The notes beneath the pieces are model-generated. The model made no database searches. It saw only the letters and a list, made by a program, of their open reading frames with translations, and was not told the origin of the DNA. Below, piece by piece: positions 22,801-33,493 of a DNA stretch of 64,000 nt. This DNA comes from an uncultured Planctomycetota bacterium. GTDB taxonomy: Bacteria; Planctomycetota; Planctomycetia; Isosphaerales; Isosphaeraceae. The number at the start of each line of letters is the position of its first letter. Position 1 is the stretch's first letter. The stretch is taken from the NCBI GenBank assembly GCA_963845755.1, contig CAWJTV010000031.1, positions 96,001-160,000 on the forward strand. The letters run 5' to 3'. The position numbers were made by a program, and so were the translations under genes.

Positions 22801-23548
22801 GGACGGACGCCCGAGGCCCCCGCCGGTCTGCGCGGGCGGCCAGGTGTTAATCCTGAACAACGGGCATGATCGGGAGCTGGTCATCCGCGTCGAGCGGACG
22901 GCATCGCGGAGCGATGCTTTGACCGCGGCGCGGGCCGCGTCGCTGGCCCTCTTCCGGGAGCTCTTCCCCGGCGAAGTACTGGCGCCTGGACAGCTCGCAA
23001 CCGTTTCGATGGTGACGCTCCTGGTAACGGCCCTCGAGCCCAGCCAGGCCGATGAGCTCTACCAGACCCTGGGCGACGCCCGCGCGTTCGGCGTGATTCA
23101 CGAGCACTTCCAGCGATTGGGCGAAGCAATCCGTCATGGCGGTGGTGCGGTCGTCAAGACGCAAGGAGACGGGATGGTTGCGTCGTTCGGCGATGTCACC
23201 GCGGCGGTCCGAACCGCGCTTGAGCTGCCGACCCGCCTCGCCGAGGGCGAGTCGACGGGCTCCCTGTCCTTGCGAGTCGGAGTCCACCGCGGACCCACCC
23301 TGGCCGCCACGCTCAACGACCAGCTCGACTACTTCGGGACGACGGCGCGTCAGGCCGCTGCAACTTTGCAATACGCCCGCGGCGGCGAGATGATCGTCAC
23401 CCAGGCTGTAGCGGCCGATCCCGAGGTTGCCGCCCTGCTGAACGAGCGGGGGATCGAGACCGCGGTCGTCCCGGCCAGCCTGGGCGGACAGACCCATGTG
23501 ATCCGCGTCCGTCTGGGGAGACGCGATCGATCGGAGGTACCCCAATGA
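19895..23548 (+). CDS. Multidomain protein: degenerate kinase + Ser/Thr kinase + SRPBCC-like + DUF5939-like + class III nucleotide cyclase-like (frameshifts near 20040, 21115, 22840)
   Basis: Four consecutive ORF pieces join. Second kinase has LGEGGQGIVY, VAIK, HRDIKPSN, DFG and YMAPE; then LWPLVTNTDRL...EEHPYEW; WDLLCPVC...HCAAC; VVKTQGDG...RVGVHRGP...LDYFG. Confidence 0.8.
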
Positions 23549-24310
23549 GTGAAAGCGTCCAGGCGGTTCTCGCCTTGCTCATGATCATCGGCATGATCGG
23601 GAGTGTCCTGGTCTTCATGAACGACCGGGTCAACTGGGCAGCATTCGGCGGCATGCTCACGCTCATGATCAGCAGCCTCGGACTGCTGATCTGGTCGCTT
23701 CTCCGTCGCGACAAAGTGCCGGATTTGTTGAAGAACCTCCCGGGGCCGTCGATGGAACGAGATGGCTTCTGTTTCAAGGTCCTTACCAACCCCGTGAAGG
23801 GACGTTGTTATCTCGATCTGTACTTTCAGAACCGTTACGAGCGGCCGAGTCGAGCGATCGTCGTCCTCCAGCCTTCCAAAGGGTTCTTCTTGATGCGGCC
23901 CGATTTGGCCAGCATGACCGTGGAGATCGAATGCCCCGCGGGCGGTTATGGGATGACGAGTGTCCCCTGGCCGGTCGCCAAGAAGTTCCAGGGTAAAGCC
24001 CAGTGGTTGGACGTCGGCGCTGATGTGCTCTATCCCGAAGGACGGGGGAAGATGATCCGCTACCGCGGGGGTCTTCAGGTCCGCACCGCGGGTCGCGACA
24101 CCTGGAAGGCCATCATCACCGTAGCCGGAGCGATGGGCGGAGCGATTGTCCTTAGCAAGCCGGCCAGGGTGAAGTTGAGGTTTCCTGTTCGACGTCGAAG
24201 AGTCGGTTGACGATGACCTGCCGATCTTTACGAAGATCATGTGGAAGGTGGGCGATCCTCTGAACCAGGCTGCACCCCGGAAGAGCGTTCTGACCCATCC
24301 CGACCTCTGA
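23545..24310 (+). CDS. Hypothetical membrane protein (probable frameshift near 24190)
   Basis: Two N-terminal TM helices; ATGA overlap with the upstream gene; the alternative frame continues DVEESVDDDLPIFTKIMWKVGD to TGA at 24310. Confidence 0.6.
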
Positions 24311-24536
24311 CTCGATGGCTTTGAAACTCCACGAACGCCCCCCGCACAGACTCGGCGGACTCGACTACTGATTCCCGTAGTGTCCTCGAGACGGGAGAGC
24401 CCGTATAATCAATCGCGCAGCACGACTGCGATTTCCGTCCTGCGGTCTCAATGGTCGTCGACGGTGTGGGTGTCAAGGCCGTTCTGCGGAGATCTCGGGA
24501 AGGCCGGGATGACTCCGTGAGGGAGGGTTCGGCGCA

Positions 24537-24755
24537 ATGGTGAACGAGGAATTGCTGGCGCTGTTGGTCTGTCCCATGGGGAAGGCCCCGTTGCGCCGAG
24601 AAGGCGACACGCTGATCTGCACGCGGTGCGGGCCGCGGTTCTCGATCAAGGACGATATCCCCGATATGCTGGTCGAGCACTCCGAGTTACCTCCGGGTTG
24701 CACCAGTCTAGCCGATCTCGAATGTGTGAGGTCGGGAGATGTCAAGATCGATTGA
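24537..24755 (+). CDS. Trm112-like small protein
   Basis: ELLALLVCPMGKAPL...LIC..CG..FSIKDDIPDML. Confidence 0.8.
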   Translation: MVNEELLALLVCPMGKAPLRREGDTLICTRCGPRFSIKDDIPDMLVEHSELPPGCTSLADLECVRSGDVKID

Positions 24756-24885
24756 TCGAACAGCGCTTCCGGATTCGGGGATCCGATCTGTCCGGAAGTC
24801 TCCAACCAGTCAACCTCGCGGGCCTCACTGGGCGAGGGGATCTCGAGCGTCGCAGCAAGGGAGGCTTGCACCGTGATCGACCGCG

Positions 24886-25155
24886 TCACGATCTCTCGCC
24901 GGGCGATTCCCCGTCCTCGCCGCCCCCGGTGAGCTCAATGGTTGGGCCATCTTCGAGTGATATCGTGTCTCCCACGATCATCTGGCGACGCTTGCGCAAC
25001 TCGACCTCACCGTTGACCTTGACCACGCCCCCGGCAATCCATGTCTTGGCCTCGCCGCCGCTCTGAACCAGGCCGGCGAGCTTGAGAACCTGGGTGAGGT
25101 TGATCGGACGATTCCCGATCGAAATGGTCTGCCGTCGATGCCCGTGGCGGCTCAT
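24886..25155 (-). CDS. S4-like RNA-binding protein (YbcJ/YaaA-like)
   Basis: INLTQVLKLAGLVQSGGEAKTWIAGGVVKVNGEVELRKRRQM..GD. Confidence 0.85.
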   Translation of the reverse strand: MSRHGHRRQTISIGNRPINLTQVLKLAGLVQSGGEAKTWIAGGVVKVNGEVELRKRRQMIVGDTISLEDGPTIELTGGGEDGESPGERS

Positions 25156-25479
25156 TCTTCCAGGTTTCCATCGCAGGTGGGGATCAGGAATTGCTCGCAA
25201 ACATCTATGAGATCATGCTTGATCGGAATCCGACGAACCAGGCACTCGCCTCCGGCCTCGCTCTCATACGGAAGAAAGCCTACCTCTGGCCGATTACCGC
25301 GTCGTTATTCGCGTCCCATGAGTTCTACTCACGGTTCATCAGCGGCACTTGAGGTTTCCAGGGAGAATCCATGATCCGAGAAAACTGCCCCTGACATTTT
25401 TTCCAGGGGACTATATCGTGCCTGGCCGTGGGGCGCGTCGCTTAAACGCCGCAACGAGTCTCCAGGGAAGGTCGAACTC

Positions 25480-25686
25480 ATGCAACGATCGATTCCCGTG
25501 GGCGAAATTGTCTCGTTCACGCTGAACACAGGTCAAACGGGCCGAGGCCAAGTCGTTCAACGCATCGCCGAGAGACGCCAGCCGGTGATCCTCCTGATCG
25601 AGCAAGCCAACGGCTGGCGATGTTTCCGGTTCGAGGAAGAGGTCAAGCTGATTCAGGCTCCGGTGGCCATGGCATCGAGTTATTGA
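25480..25686 (+). CDS. Hypothetical small protein
   Basis: 68-aa ORF with plausible globular composition filling the gap between the S4 gene and ppa. Confidence 0.4.
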   Translation: MQRSIPVGEIVSFTLNTGQTGRGQVVQRIAERRQPVILLIEQANGWRCFRFEEEVKLIQAPVAMASSY

Positions 25687-25782
25687 CCGAAACCTCGTAG
25701 CCTCTTCGAGTTGGAGCGAGCACTACTCGTTGGGACCGCCTGGGAGGCGGTGAGACGACTAGCGAGGCGTCGGCGAGCCTTA

Positions 25783-26325
25783 TCAGTGGAATCCTCGCCT
25801 CCGGAGTTGACTATAGCTCTGGAGGGCGATTTCGATGATGGGCAGTGCTTTTTCAGAGGATTGGATCTCCTCGACCTCGACCGACTTGCCTTCCAGCATC
25901 TTGTAGTCCTGGAAGAACCGGCGCAGCATCATCAGGCGATGGGCAGGCAGCTCGGATGCCTCGGTGAAACTATTGAATTCCGGATCATTCACGGCCACGG
26001 CCAGGATTTTGTGGTCGCTCTTCCCGCCGTCGAGCATCGTCATCAAACCGATGGCACGGGCCGCGACGAGGGTGAGCGGAGACAGGGGCTCTTGACAGAG
26101 GACCAGGACATCAAGCGGATCATCATCTTCCGCATATGTCTGAGGTATGAACCCGTAATTCGCCGGATAGTAGACCGCTGAATATAGCACCCGGTCCAGC
26201 CGCAAGAGTCCCGTTCGCTTGTCGAGCTCGTACTTGACGCTCGACCCCATCGGGATCTCCACGAGGGCATTGAATTCCGTAGGAAGGTGCTCACCAGGGG
26301 TTACGTCGTGCCAGGGGTGAATCAT
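25783..26325 (-). CDS. ppa: Inorganic pyrophosphatase (family I)
   Basis: [46 protein letters not shown] and FFQDYK. Confidence 0.96.
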   Translation of the reverse strand: MIHPWHDVTPGEHLPTEFNALVEIPMGSSVKYELDKRTGLLRLDRVLYSAVYYPANYGFIPQTYAEDDDPLDVLVLCQEPLSPLTLVAARAIGLMTMLDGGKSDHKILAVAVNDPEFNSFTEASELPAHRLMMLRRFFQDYKMLEGKSVEVEEIQSSEKALPIIEIALQSYSQLRRRGFH

Positions 26326-26570
26326 GATGTCTCTTGCAGGTTGAGTATCGCTCGAACCCCGAGCGATCCATGTCGAACACAAATCCTCGACCGTCCAGGC
26401 GCTTTTATCGAGGGATCCGGGGCCCGGTCACCTCGCATCGCATCACCATTTCGGGGAAGTCGTGGGGATTCCGGCTACTTTCGTCTTGGAGTCGGCGCGG
26501 ATATAAGACAGTATACTCTAGTCAGCCACTCTTCGTTCATCCTGATTCGACAACTTTGGTGAAGTCGCCC

Positions 26571-28618
26571 ATGAGCACCTTGAATTGTTCTCGTAGGGCG
26601 CATCTCAGCGCGCCCTCGATCCCGTCGCCTCGACGGTGCCGTCGATTCGCCCTGACTGGCGAACCTCTGGAAACTCGACAACTGCTTTCGGCGGCGGCCT
26701 TTCAACCGAGCGCTGCGTTGAGCCCGGCCCCAGCTCCGGTTCTCAGCCCGACCAGTGTCGCCTCGATTGGGCCTTTGGCTTCCTCCCCGGGAAGTCCCCC
26801 GGGATTCTCGCCGACACAGATCCAGACAGGGTACGGTCTGAGCGCGATCACCCTCAATAGCGCGAAGGGAAGCGTCGCGGGCAACGGTGCCGGACAAACC
26901 ATCGCGCTGATCGAGGAGTACTACGACCCGAACCTCTGGTCGAATCTCAACACGTTCGATAACCAATTCGGCTTGAGCGCCCCGCCGTCGTTTATCCAGT
27001 ACGTCCAATCGGGCCTGCGATCCGACAACACAGGCTGGGCGCTCGAGACCGCGCTGGACGTCGAGTGGCGCATGCCGTCGCGCCGGACGCAAACATCGTG
27101 GTCGTCGAAGCGGCGCCGGGCCCCTCTTCCAATCCGCTCGAATACCTCCTCAATGCGGTGGATTTCGCGAGCGGATTGTACGGCGTTTCGGTGGTCTCGA
27201 TGAGCTGGGGAAGCGGCGAGTTTTCCGGTGAAACGGCGGACGACAGCGTGTTCCTGACGCCGGCGAATCACAACAATGTCTCGTTCGTGGCCTCTTCGGG
27301 CGACTCGTCGGTGGTGGAATATCCCTCGTCTTCGCCCAATGTCCTGGCCGTCGGCGGCACGAACCTGACTCTGAACAGCAACGGCACATACAGCTCCGAG
27401 ACCGGATGGAATGGCAGTGGCGGTGGGAAGAGTTCCTACGAAGTGGAGCCTTCGTATCAGGACCCGGTCCAGGCGACAGGCCAGCGGACCACTCCCGACG
27501 TCGCGTGGGACGCCAACCCGAACTCGGGTGTCGCTGTGTATGACTCGGTGGGCGGTTACGGCTGGGCCGAAGTCGGAGGCACGAGCGTCGGTGCGCCCTC
27601 CTGGGCGGGCCTGATCGCGATCGCCGATCAAGGTCTCGCGTTGAACAATCAGCCCGCGCTGACCAATGCCCAGTTGAGTGCCAGCCTTTACAGCTCGCCC
27701 GGCTCCGCTTTCCACGAGATCAGCAGTGGCAACAGTGGCCAGAACAATGCCGGCGCGGGATACAATCTCGTCACGGGCCTCGGCAGCCCGGTCGCCAGTT
27801 CCCTGGTCACGGACCTGGTGGCCGCCGCCGGCAAGGGGAGGAGCGCGATTGCCTCCGTCTCTGCGATATCTGTTGCGGGCCAGACGACCTCGGGATCAGG
27901 CGTCGTAAGGACCCACGATGTGAACAACAGCACATCGGACACGCTCGTAACCAGTTCCTCGACCGACGCGAGTTCGATCTCGCCCGTCGAGATCACGCCA
28001 CTGAACCCGACGATTCTGAACCTACCCTCTGCGAACGGTTTGGTGGTCGTGGTGATCGTACCTCAACCGGTCGTCATCCACCTCAACGCGAGCACGGAGC
28101 CGGTGACAACCCAAGCGGTCCTCGCGACGGCCACGAGCCTGGAAGGGCCGACGATCTCAACCCATTTTGGCCAGGGAGGAATCCCCGACCCGATCGGGCT
28201 GGTACCATCGAAGTCGAAACCCGTCCCGACACAAGAGCCCGCGCCAGTCGACGTGGTCGAGCCATTCCAGCCCGGCGAGGCCGAACCCGCACCTCCGGGT
28301 CAGGGCCAACCCGCTCCGGTGCCGGATACCGCATGGGCCCGCTCGTTGCCCGTATCCTCGGCGCCGGTCGTCGAGACCGTTCTCGATCTCTCGGATTGGG
28401 ACCTGTTCTCCACCGCGACCCGGAGTGAATCGTCTGGGCCGGTTGAAGGCCGCCCCTCCTGGGTGCCCTCGACGTCGATGTTCGGTATCGCCGCCGTGGC
28501 CATGGGCGGGTATCACCTCGCGTTGCGGCAGTCCGACCGTTTTCACGGACGCTGGGTCCCCGGACGGTCGAGAGCCAGGCGTTCAGCCGCTGCTCGCCAC
28601 GTTCCCGCCATTCGCTAA
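26571..28618 (+). CDS. S53 (sedolisin/kumamolisin-like) serine peptidase with Pro/Thr-rich tail and C-terminal hydrophobic segment (frameshift near 27068)
   Basis: EPLETRQLLS motif; ETALDVEW/AHAVAP, SMSWG, ASSGD, PDVAWDA, GGTSVGAP and YNLVTGLGSP. Confidence 0.85.
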
Positions 28619-28842
28619 TGTTGCGTCCACCTCGGATGGATCGGTTGGAGTCCCCGCTCCAGCCGGTCCTTTCCGCTTCAGCGCAGAACTCCAGACCATC
28701 GATAATCCCTGTCGCAAGCGGCGAACAAGGCGCCGATCTTCTCCCTCCCTCACGAAAACGGGGTAGGGAGGGTCCTGCGGTAGACGAATTCGAGCCTGTG
28801 CGGGCCAATCGTGAATCGTTCGAGTTTATCCGCGCACGACCT

Positions 28843-29784
28843 TCATCTCCCCGGTTTCTGGAACAAATCGAGGAATCGGTCCTCGAACTCCTTGTAGAGG
28901 TCGAGTCGATCCAACTCGCGTTTGAGTTCATAGGCCTTGGAGCGGTCTTTACTGGCCTGGCGGAAGAGCGCCTCGATGCGATCTCGATCTTCCGTCGAGG
29001 CACCTTCCCCTTCGTCGAAGCTCGGTTCGAACTCGGTGGACTCGCCCTCCGCCGGCGGCTCCTGCTGTTCGAGGGCCTCCTCGAACTTCTCCAGGACTCC
29101 GCCCAGCCTCTGATCGACTTCCTTGGCCTGCTCGGCCAGCTCGTCGAGGTCGATCTGAATGTTCGCGATGGTGGAGAAGGCCTCGAGCACAGCCAGCGAT
29201 GCCTTGGGAAAGGGCCACGTTCTGAAGAGGTGAGGCATCTCGCCGAGCAGGCAGGCGCCTCGCAGGCCGCTCTCGGCCGCCACGCCCAGCAGCACGCCGT
29301 TGAGCCCGCCGATCTGGCCATCCTCGAGGACCTCCAGCTCCAGTCGCTTCAGCTCGGCGAGGCTCGCATCATCGGTCGCCGCGACGAAGACGCGCGAGGC
29401 ATGTTCCGGATGCATCTGAGTCGCCATCGCAGCGAATGTATACACACGCTCCACGCCAAGTTGCCGGGCGAACTCGATGAGCTGGCGACAGAAGGCATTT
29501 CGTCCCTTCGGTGGCTGGGCCTCCCCGATGAACACGACGATGTCATTCTTGCCGCGCGGGTCCTTCCAGGCGAAGAACCGGCTGCGCGGTAGGCGGCCGG
29601 TACGGATCAGCCCCCCCTTTACCTCAACGTGCTCGACGTCGAAGAGCTCCTGGGCTGAGAATTCGGCCAGGATGTGCATGCCCAGCTTCGTCACAAGGTA
29701 GTACCCGGCGCTGATGGCCACATGCCCCATTCCCGGCCAGACCGCGACCAGCCACGGTTTGTCCAGTTTCAATTCGCCTGCCAT
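28843..29784 (-). CDS. PAC2 family (proteasome assembly chaperone-like) protein
   Basis: VWPGMGHVA, FIGEAQPP, GQIGGLNGVLLG, CLLGEMP...PFPKASLAVL...IDLDEL. Confidence 0.8.
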   Translation of the reverse strand: MAGELKLDKPWLVAVWPGMGHVAISAGYYLVTKLGMHILAEFSAQELFDVEHVEVKGGLIRTGRLPRSRFFAWKDPRGKNDIVVFIGEAQPPKGRNAFCRQLIEFARQLGVERVYTFAAMATQMHPEHASRVFVAATDDASLAELKRLELEVLEDGQIGGLNGVLLGVAAESGLRGACLLGEMPHLFRTWPFPKASLAVLEAFSTIANIQIDLDELAEQAKEVDQRLGGVLEKFEEALEQQEPPAEGESTEFEPSFDEGEGASTEDRDRIEALFRQASKDRSKAYELKRELDRLDLYKEFEDRFLDLFQKPGR

Positions 29785-30665
29785 CCTTCCGCTCCCTTAC
29801 TGGCAACATGCCGAACTGATTCGGATTCCCCAGGATCTCGATGAGGCGCACAACCGGAGATCCCCCGAACGAGACCTCATCGGTCGCGGATTCTTGGGGA
29901 TTCCGCATTCAAGTTTCAACCTTCAAGATTCTCCATGAGGACGATCCCAGTTTGTGGAATCGGGACTCTGAAACGTCTCCTTGGTTGCGGCCGAATGCGG
30001 CGGGAAGACCATGTCTTCGCGGCCGCAACGCGGCAACACCGATCCCTCGGAGGATTGAACGGCACCGTCGTGCACGGTTTTCGCGACTCACTGGCAGTGT
30101 ACCAGACTTGGCGGCGCCGCGGACCGATGATCCGTTACCGATCTCTCGTTTTCCTCGGACGGTGAGAGTTGCCACGGTTGCAGGAGGTTGGGTCCGCAGT
30201 CCTGGACGATCCAGACGCCGTGTTGCTTCTTTCCCAAGACGGCCATGTCCCACGCGGACAAAGGGCCGGTCCTTGTTTTTCGATGGCAATCTTGAGTAGT
30301 AGAATAGACTGATGTCTTCGAGTAAAACCGAATTTGATGTGTTGATCGTCGGATCAAGATGATAAATGGAATGGTCCGCCATCTCGGTCTCGATTCGCTC
30401 CGCCTACGTTTCGGCCAGGAATGAACCGATTGGACCGCCGAAAAAAAGGCTGATTGAGCCTACTACGCAGTTCCCCATCTTGACCGGGATTGATGATCCT
30501 GGTTGATCCGACCTCCGGCTGATCTTACAATTGTCAGGAAATCGGATAGGTCTCCATGCGGGTCGCCCTCGGATCCGCGCGACGCCTGGAGAGGACATGC
30601 GCATGGCGAATTCGGATGAAGCGACAGCCGCTCCCCTCATGGCCACGAATCGCGGTTCGCAGAAG

Positions 30666-32003
30666 ATGCTTCAATTGCTGCGAAAGCGTCTCCGGCAACT
30701 CCTGTGGATCACGGCGGGCCTGGCCATTCTCCTGGCTCTGATCTCCGGGATCTTCGGGATCTGGTGGCTGAACAGTCTCAACGGGCTGCCCGACATCGGC
30801 GATCCGTTCGATGTGGCCGAGTTGCATAGATTCCAGATCCCTGACGATCAGAATGCCTTCACGTATCTCCGGCTCGCGGATCAGAAGCTGACTCCCCTGT
30901 CGGACCTTCAAACCGTGCAGGCCACCGCGTCGAAAGTCGGCTGGTCGAAGGCCGATCCGAAGCTCCGCGCCTGGGCGGAGGCAAATCGTTCCGTGCTTGC
31001 CATGTTTCAAAAGGCGGCCGATCAAACTGACGGTCTCGCACATCCCGTCGGTCAAGGTTTCTCGCCTCAGTACGGATACGTGTATCCCCATCGGCTGGCG
31101 TGGCTGGCTTTTCTGGAAGGCGCGCGTCTCGAGGAACTCGGAGATCGGGCCGGTGCCTGGGACTGCTATCGTGCGATCCTCCGCGTCGTGACGCACTTTC
31201 GGCGACGTGGGTCCGCGATCGAACGAACGATCGCCAACGATTTCTTCGGGCAGCTACGAGCGAGGCTCGAAACCTGGTCCGCCAATCCCAGGACCCCAAT
31301 CCCGCTGCTCCGCCAGGCCCTGGAGGAAGCCATTGCGAATCAACCGCGTCCCGAGTGGGATGCGTTCTCGCTCAAGGTGGATTACCTGTTGATCATGAAC
31401 CTCCTGGAACGGCCTATTCATAACCAAGTCGCTGATGTGATCGGTGAAGACCTTGATTATCGCCTAGGGAATTACCAACTCCCCTCCGACCTGGCGGTTT
31501 ATGTTTTCATAGGACAACGCTTCGCATTACGAGAGCCCGAACGAAGCCGGCGAGTGACCCGGCTGGTCTTCGCCAACTGGATTGCGCATTTCGAAGACGC
31601 GGGAATGCGGAAGAGCCCGCCGGCCGTTCTGGCCTACTCGTCGAGGGGGAGAAGCCGATTGCCACTCTACCCCGTCAGTCCCCAGGCGCCTGCCGGCGCC
31701 CGTGCGCTCACGCCTCGAGAAACCGCAAGGTGGGTTGTGACGACCAAGGACGCCGAACGCTTTCTGCACGATTGGTTTTCGCCATCCGCTCGCGGTCGGG
31801 AACGACTGGGGTATCACGACCTGATCATGACGCTGGCTGAAGAGCTCTACCGGCGTGAACACGGGTCAGAACCACCGTCCGATCAAGCCTTGGTGGGGAC
31901 CTATCTTCCAAGCCTGCCCGACGACGGATCGGCCGATCTCGACCAGGGAAAAACTCCGGTCGTGACGGATTCGGGCACATCGGACGAATCGCAACCCAGG
32001 TAA
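30666..32003 (+). CDS. Hypothetical membrane-anchored helical protein
   Basis: N-terminal TM; LPDIGDPFDV, PDDQNAF and LAEELYRREHG..P...LVGTYLPSLP motifs typical of a planctomycete family. Confidence 0.7.
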   Translation: MLQLLRKRLRQLLWITAGLAILLALISGIFGIWWLNSLNGLPDIGDPFDVAELHRFQIPDDQNAFTYLRLADQKLTPLSDLQTVQATASKVGWSKADPKLRAWAEANRSVLAMFQKAADQTDGLAHPVGQGFSPQYGYVYPHRLAWLAFLEGARLEELGDRAGAWDCYRAILRVVTHFRRRGSAIERTIANDFFGQLRARLETWSANPRTPIPLLRQALEEAIANQPRPEWDAFSLKVDYLLIMNLLERPIHNQVADVIGEDLDYRLGNYQLPSDLAVYVFIGQRFALREPERSRRVTRLVFANWIAHFEDAGMRKSPPAVLAYSSRGRSRLPLYPVSPQAPAGARALTPRETARWVVTTKDAERFLHDWFSPSARGRERLGYHDLIMTLAEELYRREHGSEPPSDQALVGTYLPSLPDDGSADLDQGKTPVVTDSGTSDESQPR

Positions 32004-32069
32004 TCCTCGATGAACTGGCCCCCGTGGGAAATCCCTGGCCTCGAACTTGTCGAGTACATCGGAGGTGGT

Positions 32070-33485
32070 ATGAGAAACCGCACCGTGCAAATGAGGGCGC
32101 AGGGCGTCAGTTGGACTCGACGCGTCGTGATCACCGCCTTGATGGTCTCGGTTTTTGTGGCGATTCCGGCCGTCGGGGACGAGGCGAAACGGCCGAACAT
32201 CGTCTTCATCCTGGCGGATGACCTGGGCTACGGCGACCTCGGCTGCTACGGCCAGACGCGGATCAAGACGCCGAACATCGATCGCCTCGCGTCCGAGGGG
32301 ATCCGATTCACCCAGTGCTACGCCGGCAGCACCGTCTGTGCACCGTCGCGGTGCAGTCTCATGACGGGTTACCACTCCGGCCACTCGCGTGTTCGGGGCA
32401 ATGCCCTGGTGCCCTTGCGGCCCGAAGACGTCACGGTGGCCGAGGTCCTCAAGCGGGCCGGCTACGCCACCGGGATGGTCGGCAAGTGGGGCCTGGGCGA
32501 GCCCGGCACAACGGGCCTCCCGAATCGTCAGGGGTTCGACGAGTGGTTCGGCTACCTGAACCAGGGACATGCCCACAACTACTACCCCGAGTATCTCTGG
32601 AAGAACGAGCAGCGCTACATCCTGGAAGGCAACGTGGCGCAGGGCAACGTGGCCACCAGTGCGGTTCAGTATTCTCCCGACGTCGTCCTCCGCGAGGCCC
32701 TCGATTTCCTCGATCGGCACAAGGCCGAGCCCTTCTGTCTTTTCCTCACGTCCACCCTGCCGCATGCCAATAACGAGCGCGGACGCGCCGAGGGAAACGG
32801 GATGGAGATCCCCAGTGATGCCCCCTATTCCGCCGAATCGTGGCCCCAGGTCGAGAAGAACCACGCCGCGATGATCACGCGTCTCGACGGCGACGTCGGC
32901 CGAGTCCTCCGGCGCCTCAAAGACCTCGGACTCGAGCACGATACGATCGTCTTCTTCTCCAGCGACAACGGCCCGCACAAGGAAGGGGGCGCCGACCCGG
33001 CGTTCTTCCGCAGTTCGGGGCCGCTCCGCGGCTACAAGCGGGCGCTCTACGAAGGCGGCATTCGGGTGCCGATGATCGTCCGTTGGCCGGGCAAGGTCGA
33101 GCCCAGGACGGTGAGCACCGCGGTCTGGGCTTTCTGGGACGTCCTGCCGACCTTCTCCGACCTCGCCGGTGCGCCGATCCCCGCCGGGATCGATGGCATC
33201 TCCCAGGTTCCTGCCATTACAGGACAGCGAAAGCAGAAACCCCACGAATTCCTCTACTGGGAGTTCCACGAAGGTGGGTTCAAGCAAGCGGTCCGGACCG
33301 TCGACTGGAAAGCGGTCCGGCTCGGGCCCGGCAAACCTCTGGAGCTCTACAACCTCCAGAAGGACATTGGCGAGAAACACAACGTGGCCAAAGATCAGCC
33401 CGAGGTTGTCGAACGGATCGAGGCGTATCTCCAGTCGTCTCGAACCGATTCACCCGACTTTCCGATCCGAACGGCAAAACCATGA
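32070..33485 (+). CDS. Arylsulfatase (formylglycine-dependent)
   Basis: GGAGG RBS; PNIVFILADDLGYGD, CAPSR, GKWGLG, SSDNGP, YEGGIRVP and ELYNL. Confidence 0.95.
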   Translation: MRNRTVQMRAQGVSWTRRVVITALMVSVFVAIPAVGDEAKRPNIVFILADDLGYGDLGCYGQTRIKTPNIDRLASEGIRFTQCYAGSTVCAPSRCSLMTGYHSGHSRVRGNALVPLRPEDVTVAEVLKRAGYATGMVGKWGLGEPGTTGLPNRQGFDEWFGYLNQGHAHNYYPEYLWKNEQRYILEGNVAQGNVATSAVQYSPDVVLREALDFLDRHKAEPFCLFLTSTLPHANNERGRAEGNGMEIPSDAPYSAESWPQVEKNHAAMITRLDGDVGRVLRRLKDLGLEHDTIVFFSSDNGPHKEGGADPAFFRSSGPLRGYKRALYEGGIRVPMIVRWPGKVEPRTVSTAVWAFWDVLPTFSDLAGAPIPAGIDGISQVPAITGQRKQKPHEFLYWEFHEGGFKQAVRTVDWKAVRLGPGKPLELYNLQKDIGEKHNVAKDQPEVVERIEAYLQSSRTDSPDFPIRTAKP

Positions 33486-33493
33486 GGCCTGGG

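Noticed and set aside
28618..29592. Long antisense ORFs (also 6998-8290, 13112-14539, 19866-21305, 31866-33380, 58847-60217)
   Set aside because: Shadow ORFs opposite well-supported genes, as expected in high-GC DNA; no recognisable motifs.
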